Positions 12,028 through 25,857 are shown, counted from the stretch's first letter. The stretch is 64,000 nucleotides of DNA from Catajapyx aquilonaris (GCA_000934665.2 KZ538268.1:1-64000), one strand, 5' to 3'. Numbers and translations are program-made. The notes: generated by a model not told the origin, from the sequence alone.

Positions 12028-13857
12028 ACTTGCATGGACTACTCATGCTTTTGACTAACTTGTTAAAGGTATCGAGAGTATTTTGTAAAAATAACAATAT
12101 ATTATTTTCTGACCTATCTCAAGTTAATCATAAGGCCGTTTTCCAGCATACTGGTTAAACTTGTGGAAAGAAGTGCTTTGCAGGTGAGCTAGAAGAAGCA
12201 AAAATAAATAGTTAAATGAAAGTAAGGCATGCAAAGTTCTCTACAGAATTAAGCAGACTCTTGGTTTATGGCCAATACTACACCGGCCCACCATCTGTGG
12301 TTTCAGAGGGAATAGACAAAAGGATATGGTATCCTCTACTATACCGTAGTAGGGACATAATAACTGAACTGGCACATCTCCCCTCAGGCATTTAATTATT
12401 CTCGACTGAGGGTGAGAAGGTGATAGTCCAGGATGTGTACAGTACATTTATGATATGCCAAGTAGGAATGCAGGATAAGAATGCTGCACTGCACCCTTCC
12501 TTCCTCACAATAGAGAATAAAATTGTAGTCATACTGGCCATACATATACTTTACCTATTCATAACCATGACTTCACCGTATGGTTTCCAAACTGTGATTT
12601 ACCCTTTTCCACAAAGAATTTAAATGGGTTAGTATTCATAGAGCTATCGAAATTTAAATTTCACTGTTTCCAGTCCCTTGAATATCGATGTCTTAGGCCC
12701 TGTCATCAACTGCATTCTCCTCTCTGGGTCTGAAATTCATGGGCTATCTCAGATGTAACCATTTGCCCACAAGTTGTATATGTATCACAAATAAATCCAC
12801 TTGTCATTTCTCCAAAAATAGGGCCTACATTAAAACTGTATTAACTTTGCTACATGGATATCATTGGACAATGGAAATCACTATGCATACAGTACTTGTA
12901 CAAGCAAAGCATCAAAACTCCTAATATTGGGCAGTGGTTCCCAAAGTGCAGTGGCCTCAAACGGGTTAAATATTTGCTTTCTCAATAGTGGTTTAACTTG
13001 AAAATGAACATATGATGCTAAGGCCAGATTGCACCGGCTTCAGGAGTCTGGCCAAAGAATAGCCAGGATAGTTTGTTGTTCATTGTTCACAGAATTGTTG
13101 ACAACAATGAATAACAAACCAACCGGGCTCTTCTCCAGCCAGATAAATTTTCAGGGAGCTGGTGCAACCCGGCCTAAGTTGTCAAAGTGGGTCATAGTAT
13201 CAGTTTCCCCTCCTTGCCATGGATAAAAAAGTTTTGAGAAGCAGTATAGCCAAACAACTCGGACAGATTCACCACCCAATACCAAGAGTTGCATGGGCTG
13301 GAGCACAGACGAGATGGGCTGGAGGAACGTGGATCCTACCAAAAATCTAAAGCGTAAGCAATACAGATACCATGGAAAAAATATGGTGCTTTTGTCCAAC
13401 CTGTCCCCATCTGGTCGAATTTGGACCCTAAGAGCCCCCACTATAACTGATAACTGCACAAGATGGTGTGCAGTACCTGATGAGGTGATAACAAAAAAAT
13501 GATCAACCATTGCTACCTATCCTGTTAGAAGTCAAACCCGTGCCATTGTCAGATTTAGCATTTGACTAGTAGTTGTAGAGGGTTGCAATGACCACCTAAT
13601 GATTGTTGTCACTCTCATCATGTGATGTCACCTTATCAGCTGCATTAGAGGGTGCTTGTTTGTTGTTCTTTTACCATGCATTTTTAATAAACATTTGCTG
13701 CTTCTATATTTCAGTGATTGTTCATGGCATCCAAGCTCTGGCTTTATTGCTTCAGCATAATAAAATTGCAATAAAAAATAGATACAAGTTACAACAATAA
13801 TTTTATATTTCTCAACAAAATACCCACCCAATTTTTCCAAAATATATCACATACTTC

Positions 13858-15585
13858 TCACTGTGTGTCAAATCGCTGGTATGGAGTCCCACTGTTGATC
13901 CCTGCAAAAGTAACAAGTATGCAATGTAATATACTTATTTTACAATGCAAATGACCACACTCACCATATTTGACCCTGATCTCATCAGCCCTCTTCTTGT
14001 GTTGTGCCTGTCTCAGGGCTGACTTTGCTGCCCTTTGAACCCTCTCTGCATCCCACCTGGCCTCATCACGTGCCAGCTGCACCCTTCGCCTGCGGCCACA
14101 GCAGCAACAGCATGCAACAACAAACATGGTGATGGCCAGACCAACCAGTACTCCCACACTGATCAGTAGTGCCTCAAAGTTCACTATTGGAAAAGAAATG
14201 GCAATTTATGCTCTGCTGGTGTGACCTACTGTAAGAACACACTATTGATCGACATGATTTTTTTTTGTGGCATGAGAATTGATATGCTGCAATGTTGTCA
14301 AAAGGAAGCTATTTTTTTGGTTTAATTCCGTGTTGTTGCATTTCTTTTTGGGCATCCTTCATGAATCTTAATAGGTTAATCATATTTTAGGTGGCCATGA
14401 GAGTACTAACACCAGCATGCATTCCACTTGATGCTCCCGACTCCACAGTCATCAACGCTCCAGGGCAACACGTTGCTCTCGCTGTACTTTCGGCATGCAT
14501 TTGTAGAAGAGCACCAGTAGCACTGCTTAATAAGAAAGGTATTGATTATGGATCAAATCAGTAACTGCATTACAAAATAATTCCTGTCTCTCTTAACCAG
14601 CTCAAACAATGGCACTGGAAAGAAATTCTAACACTGACACTGTTCTGCTCTCATTTTCTTTGCAGTAACTGACCCAGGCAAATCCAAAAATGAACCAGAG
14701 TCAGACAAATGAAAGGGGATAAATCAACTCTGAATGGTTAGGATCATATGGTGGTACTGTACAATGGTACCGATATCCTGGCAGTATCCTGGTGATTCAA
14801 CTAGATCCCTTCTACGTGTAAATAATGTTTGGCCCAAACATTATTTACACGTAGAAGGGATCTAAGTTTGGGTGACATTGTGCACAAGCGGCACCAGCAG
14901 AGAGCAAAACCCTAATCTTTCTCAGAGAAGAACTGTAGAGATATGCAGAGTGACAAACTTCTTGGCATTGGATGTAGCAGTATGGGGCCATGAAATGCAC
15001 AGTAGCCTGCAGAATTGTATCACTAAAACTACTGAGAGGTTGGGGAAATGGTTCATGGAAGGAAAGGTCAGCATATAGAATATGACTGCAGACTAGGCCT
15101 AGCTAATCAAGCAATCACCTAAGGCACACAACTATTGTGCAAGTGATACACTTCAATAAACTTGGCCTTAACGTCACTACCGTGCTTTCATATGCCACAC
15201 CCTTCCATTCCAAAGTCCTGTCCATTGGGTCCAAAATAGTCAGGTAGAGCTCCTAATGTGAATTTAGAGACTTTCTAATATCGCACTGATGTCCTCGCTA
15301 CTCTGGTGATATCAAATTATACATTTGTGGTGGCATGATGGCAAAAAACAGTACCGTCCATGCGGAACTCAACAGAAAGATAAACAAAAAATCCTCAGAA
15401 GTTTTTCACAAGCATGGAAAATCACAGTGAACATATGAAAACGGTTTTTATCCACAAAAATGCCCAGAACAAAAACATTTTAAAACTGTTTTTTAAAAAT
15501 ACCTAGAATGAAATAAATTTGCCTTCACTTACGCTCTGTATCTTGAGGCAGTCCTGACATGATGTGTTGCTCTTGTCGATGCATT
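13858..15585 (-). CDS. PTTG1IP: PTTG1-interacting protein (PBF)-like type I membrane protein; N-terminal exon not identified
   Basis: Exons 15585-15533, 14522-14411, 14183-13965, 13901-13858, phase-consistent. PSI-like CIDKSNTSCQDCLKIQSCYWC...KWNACWLNFEALLI, TM helix, CCCCC, basic cluster, DEIRVKYG and C-terminal PYQRF. Confidence 0.85.
14802..14864. repeat. 63-bp palindrome (31-bp perfect arms, 1-nt spacer)
   Basis: tagatcccttctacgtgtaaataatgtttgg-c-ccaaacattatttacacgtagaagggatcta. Confidence 0.95.
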
Positions 15586-17941
15586 CTACCATTGAAATTA
15601 TAAAGGTCATTGAAATACTAGTAAATGGAACTTCGTGGGAAAATAAAAGCTAAAGCCCTTATTCCTAAGGTACACAACAGCACAAGATTCCATTCTGAAG
15701 TGACTCCTACACTGACTTGTGAGTGTAAAGACCAGATCAAGTATAAGGTGGCTTCCAATTTCATTGCTGGTGAACTGTTCTAAAGTATCAGACCTTCACC
15801 ACAAATCAATACAAAGTGTACCGGCAGCAGTTTCACTAAACCCATTTATGCTATTTGGGCTTTGGCTTTGCTCCAAATGATTTGCATGTGAATTGCTTTT
15901 CTTGCCTTACAAATAACAGTGTTATAGTCACCTATAACATCAAAAGGGTGTCATGTCACTTCCTCGTGAGAAAACTATAGGAAAGTACTATATATATATA
16001 TATGTTGCTCTATAGCATGACTCATGCTACTAGTCAATAGCACATCAACAGCTACAACTACGTCCTACTGCATTATGCAACAAACCTTGTTCAGGTGAAA
16101 TGGCAGTTGTTTCTTGCCCGATCACAGATCCCAGGCATATCAGGAGAACTGCAAACCTAACCTGTGCCACAGCCATTTAGTCCTGAAGTGTGCAATGCAA
16201 AGTAGAAAGAACACCCTGTCAAGACTTGAGAAAATGGCTGACATAGAGCATATGGAAAGAAATTATGATGATAAGATAGGGTAGGGACAAAGTGTGGAAA
16301 GGAGACTCAAAATAATGGGGGGGGNNNNNNNNNNNNNGAGATGTAGGATAACACTTATCACTATTATCTGCCATTTCCACCCTATTGTGATGCAGATATT
16401 AAAACACCCACACCTCACCTTGTTTGCCACTATGCCCCAGCCATGTCACACATTCCACTGCCAACAATTTATGCAGCGCAGTGTGTTGTTTACAGGACTG
16501 TATCGCAGGTTACACAACTACCTACTCATGCAAGCAAATGAGGAAAACGAAAGGAAAAGTGAACTCACTCACCATGGGAATTCACAGGCCACAACTTTCA
16601 CCACACCTTGCCCAGTTCCTGTCAAGACATAAATGCAAAATTAGCGGATCAGTAACTGTCAGTTGCAAAGTGACCATCAATGTGTCTCCCGTCTTTCCAG
16701 TGGTTTCTTACCTGTCTGGATGTCACGAAGTCAAGTCTCTTTGGTCTCCTCCATTTTTAATGTCCTCACCTTCAGTTCTAAGGCGTAGGGGGGGTGCCAG
16801 AGGGTCTAAACAAATGTGTCACTGGTATCGAAATGCAAGTCAAGTCAAAGTTTTTGTTACCTATATTGTCCCAAAGCATGTCCTAAGTAATGGTCATACA
16901 GAGACAGTTCTAACAAAAAATTCACAAAATTCTCTTGAAATCTATTTGATAGACAAAGTTGCATGTTTCATGCATTCAATTCTATTGCACTGCCAAGATG
17001 AAGACAGACAAGTCCTCATTACATGTAAAATTTACATCTCATACTTACATACACTAAGGTACAAATAATAGATCAAGTCTTTCTATTTCAAAAGCCATTA
17101 AAATGCTGGAGGAGTTCAAGTACACTCCTCAACATTCCAAGCCTCCCCTTTGCTTCATTTTTCATAGTCAAATACGCAAGCAAATATGCTAATATACAAG
17201 CAAATCCTTTCCTATGGGTGACAACAATACTCCTAATTTTTCATGTTCTTGAATCTAATTGGTACTTTCTCCAAGGCAATATAACAAGAACCAATTCAGG
17301 ATCAGGCACTGCAAGGAAGGGGGGAGATGGGAGCATGTGTCACCCATTAGGCACAAGGACTAACTCAGTACTTTGCTTACTGAATGTCACTAATGTTGTC
17401 CTAAATGGACAGTAAATGACGTAAAAGCTTGATCCCAGTTAATCACACAGTTTCACCTATCAAAAATCCCCAAACCAGTCCGTTTAAATTGTGAAGTGTG
17501 GACATACAACAAAATTTTCATCACTAATATTTGTCTGGATTATGGCAAAACTGCTTGTAATAGGCCTACACATAATGAGGACTACCTGCATTTGAAAGCC
17601 ACATTAAGAAAATGTAATAAAACAATTTTAAAAACTAGTGAGTGGTTGTTCCCACATGACCAGTTTCACACTATATTATTTGAGCTCAGTGAATTTGTAT
17701 CTTACAGTAGTCTACACTCACTGACCTGTTTACCATGCGATAGTTTTGTTTCTATGCAAAATAAAGCACTGCACTCCTAACAATATTCTGGCCTCCTGGT
17801 GGGAGGAGCTTGTGCATGGGAAAGCCACGCTACATGATTGCCATACGCCCCACCTGTGACACCTTTTCTCTAATCTGCTTTTCCCTACCACCTCCTGCCA
17901 AACAGTGTCATTGCCATAAGCTTCCCTCCCCTCAAGTTGAC

Positions 17942-17988
17942 ACTTGAATCACTGTGGTTAACACAGTGTTAATCACAGTGATTCAAGT
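17942..17988. repeat. 47-bp palindrome (23-bp arms, one mismatch)
   Basis: acttgaatcactgtggttaacac-a-gtgttaatcacagtgattcaagt. Confidence 0.9.
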
Positions 17989-20320
17989 AATAATGTGACA
18001 CAGCACATTACTTTGCCTTGGTCCGAGATGTTGGGAGAGCAGTACCAGTACAAAAAAGGGCATCCCAGACACTATTACAAAAAAGCAAAGCTTGCTTCCA
18101 TGCAAGCATAGTGTGGGTGATCCTATATATTTTTTTGGTTCTGTTGCTGTTTCAATAAAACCACTTAATAAACACAAAATTGACAAATGCAAACCACATG
18201 ACACCATAATTTTAAAAATATTTATGATGTGGAAGCCAAAAGGTAAACTTTACAGATTCACTGGTAAAGTAACTTCACTTGCATAATAAAAATTTAGCTG
18301 CACATTGCTTGAGAACAGCAACAATATATAATAATAAAATATTAAGATCACCCTTAATGATGAAATCATGCTTTAGAACTCCTACAAATGATATCGAAAC
18401 ACACACAACTTATTCTACTAGTATCATGCTTATAAATTGCACGTAAAACAGCACCCAACAAAATTAATTATACACCATGCCAAAAATACTACTAATTTTT
18501 AGTCAGTATCAAAAATTATTCTCAGAAAAAATCAGGTAACAAAGTGATTATTTAAAAACACAATCATGCGAAACAAGGGAAAACTCTAATGCCACTTTGC
18601 ACCAAAAGCACAGCAAACTGCACTGACAACACACACAAGCCAGTAAAATTCCATCTGAGGTCGACCAGAACAAGCACACTGGTTTAGTAGACAGTCATAA
18701 AAATGCGTTGAATTCTGAGCAAAAAACACACACAGACCCAACCCTTCAAACACAACCATGGTAAAAATATTTATGTGTAGGATTCACAAGGATTGACTTT
18801 ATGGTGTCTTCTAAAACCCGTATTATGAGTTTCAGAAAATCAAGTGCACCTTTTCCCCGTAAACTTGTGCTTCTACATTTTGGGGTGCACAATCTTGTGG
18901 TCTCAGATTGGTGCAACAATAGCCATAAGCCACTACCATCTCTTTAATAGTACAGAATAAAAATTGCATTAAGCAGTGACCTACTTGCGCAAGAACAGGG
19001 AAACTGCAGTATCACATATTCACAACCTCAACATTTTGACTTGGCATCTCTACATCTGGCTTGAGGAGCAAAATTGCCTCCTTTCAGGAAGATTTCCTTC
19101 ATATGTGGACACAGTAAGCTAAATACATTCAATTCACTGGGTGATTCTGTGATGCATACACTTGTGCATTATACAAATAATGCCATGTTTCATTTAAAAT
19201 AATCACACTTAGTGTGATTTTCCATTTATATATATTAATTTCAATATTCATGGTCATCTATATCTCGAGATATAACTGGGAAGCTCATCAGGCAATGTGC
19301 ATATGGGTGTCCCTCACGTGAGCTCAGATCTATATTGGTTAAAACAATGTGTGTACTCCTGAGGCAAGCTGGTACTCCTGTACACGAGCTTCTAAGACCG
19401 TATGTGCTACATGCCATGTACTACACATGTCAAACAAGATGTCAACTTGATTAAGAAGCATAATGAGATTTCCACTTCCATGGATCTGGGTGCACTTTAA
19501 GGTTCAACTTTTATTTAAGTTTATTGCAAAATGTGTTACTTCAATTCCATGACAGAATAGAAACAAATCAAGTACAATCAACTTTGGTTACGGAAGATGA
19601 GGGTTCCCAGTGGGGCAGTTATCTTGGATTTACATCCCACTTAACTTTTGTAAGATAAACTTGTGTGACTTATGGCCATTGTTAGGCACACCTTGGAAAT
19701 CCATTAAATGGAGAGTGTAAAGACGAAGAGCATTTGGAATGTTTTACACATGCTGGCACACTTGTCTTTTGTTCCTTTCCTAACTGTTAATGCTACTGTA
19801 TGTTGACAATAATGATATAATAGAAAATTAACAGCGAAGGGAGGGTTTAAAATGTTGTGGTCATCGGCTGTAGTGGCTGAGTCAGTCTCAGAGCTTAAAA
19901 ACCGTGAGTCCAACACTAGTCGAGGGGGGCTTTTTTGTCACAAACTGTGGAGAGAGAAGCGAACACCGTCAGCAAAAAATATTGCCGTCAGCTCAGCAAA
20001 TTGGGTCTGAGTCTTGTGAGCGCCACTTTGGAACCATTTATAAATTACATATTTCCATAACTAAGAGACAAATCTTCACTGCAGCATTTCATTACTGATA
20101 TCCTGCAACAGTTTTTTATTTTGCATTTTCTCTAAGGGGACAGGTGGACGCAAGTAAACTAAACGTCAGCTACCAAACAACAACTGTCACTTTGAACCTG
20201 AAGAGAACTGTTAACTGCAGTACAAATTACTTGATACGTAATTTATAAACAGACCTATGGCATGTCCTTTCTTAAGCAGCAGTCGCATATGATAAACTTG
20301 CCACTTACCCCTAAGCTGTC

Positions 20321-23300
20321 TCATTGCTGGTCATCCATCTTGATCCTCTTCCTCCCAGCCTCCCCTTTGACATTGGGGTCAGCAGGCATGACCTTGAGCC
20401 TAGCACCACAAACTTCCTGGCCATGTAACACCACCACTGCTCGGTCAGCTGATTCCTTGTTGGCATACTTAGCATACCCACATGTCTTCCCACTCAGGAT
20501 GTACACGTCAATTAGGCTGCCAAATCGCCCAAAAACATCCTTCAGGGCATAGATTGGAGGAGGGGATGGATGACATACTATGAACAGCCTTCCAGAGAAA
20601 AAGAAAACAACATGCCATTAATATGCATTCCATGAGACATGGAATTGGCTAAATGTCCCCAGGGACCAAACCAATTTTCAAATGTTGTAGTTGCTCAAGC
20701 AAAAAGAGTAATCCCTGTTCCACTTCCAGTTATGTACGAGGCACTTTTGGTCACTGTTTTCACTTTACATATGCAATGCAAGCATTAGCTGCCTCCCAAA
20801 TGTGAATGGACTTGTAATTATGTCAGGGCATATTAAGCACAGGAAAACAACACTCTGTAAGGTAGGAATTCTTCCTGTCATAAACAAAACAAGTGATGGC
20901 TGTGGTCACTGGCACTACTTCAAACTGGGACAGAAAATGGCCCACAGATGAATAAGGATTTACTAGCTGCAACAAAACACCTACTTAGGAATTAAGTACT
21001 TTCATTAAACAAAAGTATTACAGATGCCAGCTGCCTGACACTTTCCAAACAGATTTTGCATCTGGGACGTATCGCAAGTTCCTATAACAACAGTTTTAAA
21101 GAAGGTCAAAGATGAGAATCTCAAGCAGCTCAATCTACTGAAGCAAAAGAAGGGTGAGAGACATCCTAAGGCATTCTCCATCTCATCTTTTATTAGAAAG
21201 TTAGGCCTAACAAGAAAAGAAAATAAATACGAGTAACTATGCAAGTTACCATACACCAGTTGCAAGTCAGGATATACGAGGCACGTCCAGAAAGTAAGTT
21301 CCGTTTATTTATTAGCAAAACCACAATGCACCGCCGAAATTTTTATTTACTCGTCTAAAATCGACAACTGTCTACTTTTTTTTCAAAATAGTTTCCAGCC
21401 AAATTGGGGTATTTTTCATTGAGTTAAACAATACTTTGCATGCCTATGTCATAGAAGTCTGCCACCAGCCATTTCCGCGATCCCTGAACGCTGGATTGAA
21501 ACTCATCGTCGACCTTCTGTTTTGCAAGCCATTTCTTCCTGTCCATGGACAAGTGGTAATCGCTAGGCTCTAAATCCCAAGTGATCAAAAAATTCTCACT
21601 TGAATTGTTGCAGCAGGGTTCCAGTAAGCAAGGCAGTACGGAGGGGGGCATTGTCGTGCAAGAAAACACCCCGAAACTCAACATGCTGCCCAAAGCTTCA
21701 ACCCAAAGGCTTAATGTGAGGCATTACAGAAGTTAAGAATGGCAATTCAGAAGAAATGTATCGGTATATTGAGTTTCGGGGTGTTTTCTTGCGCGACAAT
21801 GCCCCCTGCATACTGCCTTCCTTACTGGAACCCTGTCACAACAATTCAAGTGAGAATTTTTTGATCACCTGGGATTTAGAGCCTAGCGATTACCACTTGT
21901 CCATGGACAGGACGAAATGGCTTGCAAAGCAGAAGGTTGACGACGACGAAGAATTTAAATCCACTGTTCAGGGGTCGCAGAAATAGCTGGCGGCAGACTT
22001 CTATGACATAGGCATACAAAATCATGTGTAACTCAATGAAAAATGCCTCGATTTGGCTAGAAACGATTTTGAAAAAAAGTAGACAGTTGTCGATTTCAGA
22101 TGTGTAAATAAAAATTCTGGGGGTGCATCGTGGTTTTCCTAATTAAAAAACGGAACTTACTTTCTGGACGCGCCTCGTAATTCCTAGCACACAGTGTGGT
22201 TTGGCATGATTCTCACCTCTCTGCCACTGTTGAGTCAATGGGTGCAAGGGGCTGTGGTCCAGGCAGCTTCACAGAGCAATAGGAAGGATCATAAATCTCT
22301 GCAGGTGGGTGAATTGCTGGTGCACCAACCCCTACTCCGCTTCCACCTCCACCTCCCATGTTGGGTGATCCCAATCCTCCTCCCAGTGCTTGTGGACCAC
22401 CCACCCCTCCTCCTCCAGCACCTCCTCCCATATGCCCCAACCCTGCAGCTTGGATTAGGGAGGTGGCCTGCGCTATTGTCTCTGCCAAGGTGGCCAAGTC
22501 TGAATGAAGGGAAGCAGCAGTGGATCTAGGAGAGGTTGGGTTGGAAGTTGTGGTGGGAGAGTTGGGAGCAATGCGGACTGGGGGTGATCCACCCATTCCA
22601 CTGCCCAGGTCCAGTTTCACTATCAGGCGCTGTCCTGGAGGGTACTCAAACCCATGCAGCTTGTCCCTGGCATATGCTGCTGCCTATGTATCACAAGAAC
22701 AGCAATAAGTAAATTAGAGGCAGATGTAAGGGTGGGTTCACAGCTAACCTGTGGATTGTTGTAAACAACTGTGGCAAGTCCCCGACTTTGTCCCTGCATC
22801 TTCCCTCCTCCTGACTGCCCCATAGACCTTCCCTTTGATTCATGGCGCAACTGGCAGTAATCCAGTCCCGGTACCAGGTCAAACAGACGCCACAGCTGGT
22901 CCTGGTTCAGGGTGGGAGAAGCGATCACACTGAGGCGGGTGCCTCCAACCTCTGGGCTGCCCATCTGAGGTTCACCTGAAATAACATGGTACGTTTAAAA
23001 GGAAGCTAAAGGATGAGTGTTCCAGAAATGCTTACAAGGAGCAGGTGGGCCTACTGGTATAGAGTTAAACCGGTCGAAAGTGTCACTGGGTGCAGACCTC
23101 ATGGGCTTCGGATCCGCAAACACTGGCTTGAAACTCTGGTCACATCCTTCAAATGCCTTTGCAGCATGTGACACCCTTTAATAGGAAAATAATTTTGCAC
23201 TTGTGCTACGGGTATAATTATGCTGAATTAAACACATTAGAAAATCTGTTTGACCTTATGCGCATAGTGCCCATTTGTATGGTACTGTACATAAAAAGAA

Positions 23301-25857
23301 CTATCTATACAAGAACCACGTGAGTTGTTTTTTGGGGGAAAGAAAAGTTGTTCTCCTTCAGCATAACTGCAGGGGGGTGGAAGCACATTCAATTTAGATG
23401 CCAAACTTGAGGAGCAAGAAAAAAAACGGGCCTCCATTATAATTTATTTTTGTTTCTAGCCTAAGAAATATAAAATGGTATTCATTAAATAATACTTATT
23501 GAAAAACTGAATAATTCTCTTCCGTGTCACTCTGAGGCAGTATATACAAATGTTACCTATGGTACTTGATGTAGGCAAACCCCTTGCTCTCCTTTGTGGC
23601 CCGATCCTTCACAATGGAAACGTAATCAATGTCTCCGAAACAGGAAAAGTGGTCTCTAAGGTCAGACTCTGTCATAGTCTTAGGGACCACCACAAACAAA
23701 CGTACTAGGCGTTCTTCTTCATTCACGTCTCTTCTTGATCCTTGATCACGACTGCAAATGCAAAAGAAACTCTCAAATTAAAATTAGCAGCAATTGAAGC
23801 AGGGGAAAATTGAATAAGCTGATAAATGGATTAGACTGGTCCATGTGAAATAAACATTACCCATGGATTTTTAAAGTCATTGTAACTCATTGTTATAATA
23901 TTATTGCCTAGTTACAGCATGCACAGCAGGACTGAAGGCTCATCTAATAAGAATTTTACTTCTCCCACAATTGAAATACTACACAAAAATCATCTTTGCA
24001 CTCACACCCTGATGTAACATTACACCAATTAGGAGAAATGAAATGAGAAAAACTGATGTCACTGACCTGTGGGCAATCAGAACCTTCAACGGCCTGGGAT
24101 TTGATCCAATGCAGCGGCCATTCATCTCCTCCATGGCAAGTGCTGCTTCTGATGTTTTGGAGAACTTGACATAGGTTACACCTGTCAAATAATAATAGTG
24201 TAATGTCATCGCAACTACCAGACAGGACGTAATTTGTAGAAAGTCCTACCAGGTACACTTTGCACCGGGCTGTACCCCAATCCCCAGGGATGAAAATATG
24301 GTCTTAAAGGCCACATTTTTCTATTCTTCCTCCCTGCCGTTTTTTTGTCTGCTAAACCTTGTGCTCAGCACCGTGTTACAAAATGGACTAGGGACCGGGG
24401 TAGAACTTGTTCCAGGATGAGAATGAGATCCGGTAGTAGGTGGGAAGGAGGATGTGGGAGTGGACTAGTGGAATTTTTTTGTGTACCCTTTTGAAAGTGG
24501 GGTGCGTTCACCTGGTGGTTTCTGGCCAACCTCCAAAAACTTTCCCTTTGGCTTCACCTGAGCTCACCTGGGCAGCATCACAGACAGTTTTGAGAGTGAA
24601 AGGGATTAACTCCCCCTGACCCACTTTACAGAGGAAGCAGAACAAAAAAAAGAGAGAAAGATATTTGGTTTTTACATCACTTCTTACTCTCATTCAGCTT
24701 ATGAAACTTTACAGGGAGATGGCGATGATTTGAGTGCATTTCTGGTGAAAGGGGGTTTATTTACATGCGTCAAAGCATTCGGCGCTTTGAGCAGGTTTTC
24801 TCTGGAGTTGAATGACATATCAAGGACATTGTCCTGAGAATTAAATTGGAGCAGACTCCCACCAGAATAGAATTTTGACTTTTCATATTACTAATTTACA
24901 ATTTATTTCCATGTAGCCATTCCTCACACAAGCATTAAAAACATACTTATAATATTACACATATCAATATTATTGAAAATAGGACATAACTATTAAAGCA
25001 TATTGCTGATTACAGCTAAATAATGTTTTAATTAATGAACTCTATTTAAAAAAAAAACAACTTTACAGGCATCCTTACATCACGAAATTGAGAACACAAT
25101 CCAAAGTAAATCAGTCTCTGATCCGAACACAACTGAGTAATTTTAATCCTAATAATTTTTCCGAATATTACATTTCCTAACCATTCAACTGGGACAATGT
25201 AATGCAACTTAGCATTGGCATCTACTCAATTACCAACAATATTGTATAAGGTTCTCCTACACTAACATAACTGCACTTGCATACATCCAATATCCAAATC
25301 CAAACATTGCATTTCAACAAACTTGCGATGGGCAATGCGGATGAATAGTTCATAATTACAATGTCTGGGAAGAAACTAACGAGTGATTATGCTCTGACAT
25401 GTTATCCATGTGAATAAGACATGCCGTGCATTTTTGTACCAGAAGTTGGTCTCCACGAAGGCACCGTCCTTCCTCGGTCCTTACCCTTGGGCTCCCCGCT
25501 GTTCCTGTCCTTGACGACCCAAATCTCCTCGATGGTCCCGAACCTCTGGAAGGCCTCCCTGAAGTCCTCTTCTGTCATGTTTCTTCCGCACACGATGAAC
25601 AGCCTCGAGTTGGGTGGCTCGTCGTACCTTCCTCCTCCTCCTCCTCCTCCTCCTCCTCCTCCGCCACTTCCACCACCGCCACCTCCTCCGCCCTTGCTGT
25701 TGTTGTTGCCATTGTTGTTGCTGTTGCCGCTGTTCCCCACCCCATCCCCTCCTCTTCCGTCCGAAGACGCGTGTCCTCCTCCTCCTCCTCCCGCCCCGTG
25801 TCCGCCCCCGTCGCGATCCGAACCAGAGAACGAGCCCAGACGTCTCTTCTCCGCCAT
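20321..25857 (-). CDS. RBM45: RNA-binding protein 45 (multi-RRM), ~594 aa
   Basis: Exons 25857-25485, 24181-24067, 23751-23557, 23175-23036, 22975-22749, 22683-22217, 20588-20321; all GT-AG and in phase. Motifs DEPPNSRLFIV, AALAMEEMNGRCIG..PLKVLIA, AAYARDKLHGFEYPPGQRLIVK, LHGQEVCGARLKVMPADP. N-terminal poly-Gly tract from (CCT)n. Confidence 0.92.
21277..22177. mobile_element. Mariner-derived fold-back element (~400-bp inverted arms) in the last RBM45 intron
   Basis: TIR cgaggcacgtccagaaagtaagttccg versus cggaacttactttctggacgcgcctcg; TA TSD at 21275-76 and 22178-79; both arms encode DLEPSDYHL...KWL...FYDIG, and the right arm also retains DNAP (mariner transposase 3' end). Confidence 0.9.

Noticed and set aside
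12329..12337. Second U12-type donor (GTATCCTCT)
   Set aside because: Deviates from GTATCCTTT and no matching CCTTAAC branch site with a nearby AG was found.
16424..17068. 214-aa plus-strand ORF
   Set aside because: No recognisable motif, non-ATG start, and composition like surrounding non-coding DNA.
21424..21986. Two near-identical small ORFs on opposite strands as a duplicated gene pair
   Set aside because: They are the two arms of the mariner fold-back element.
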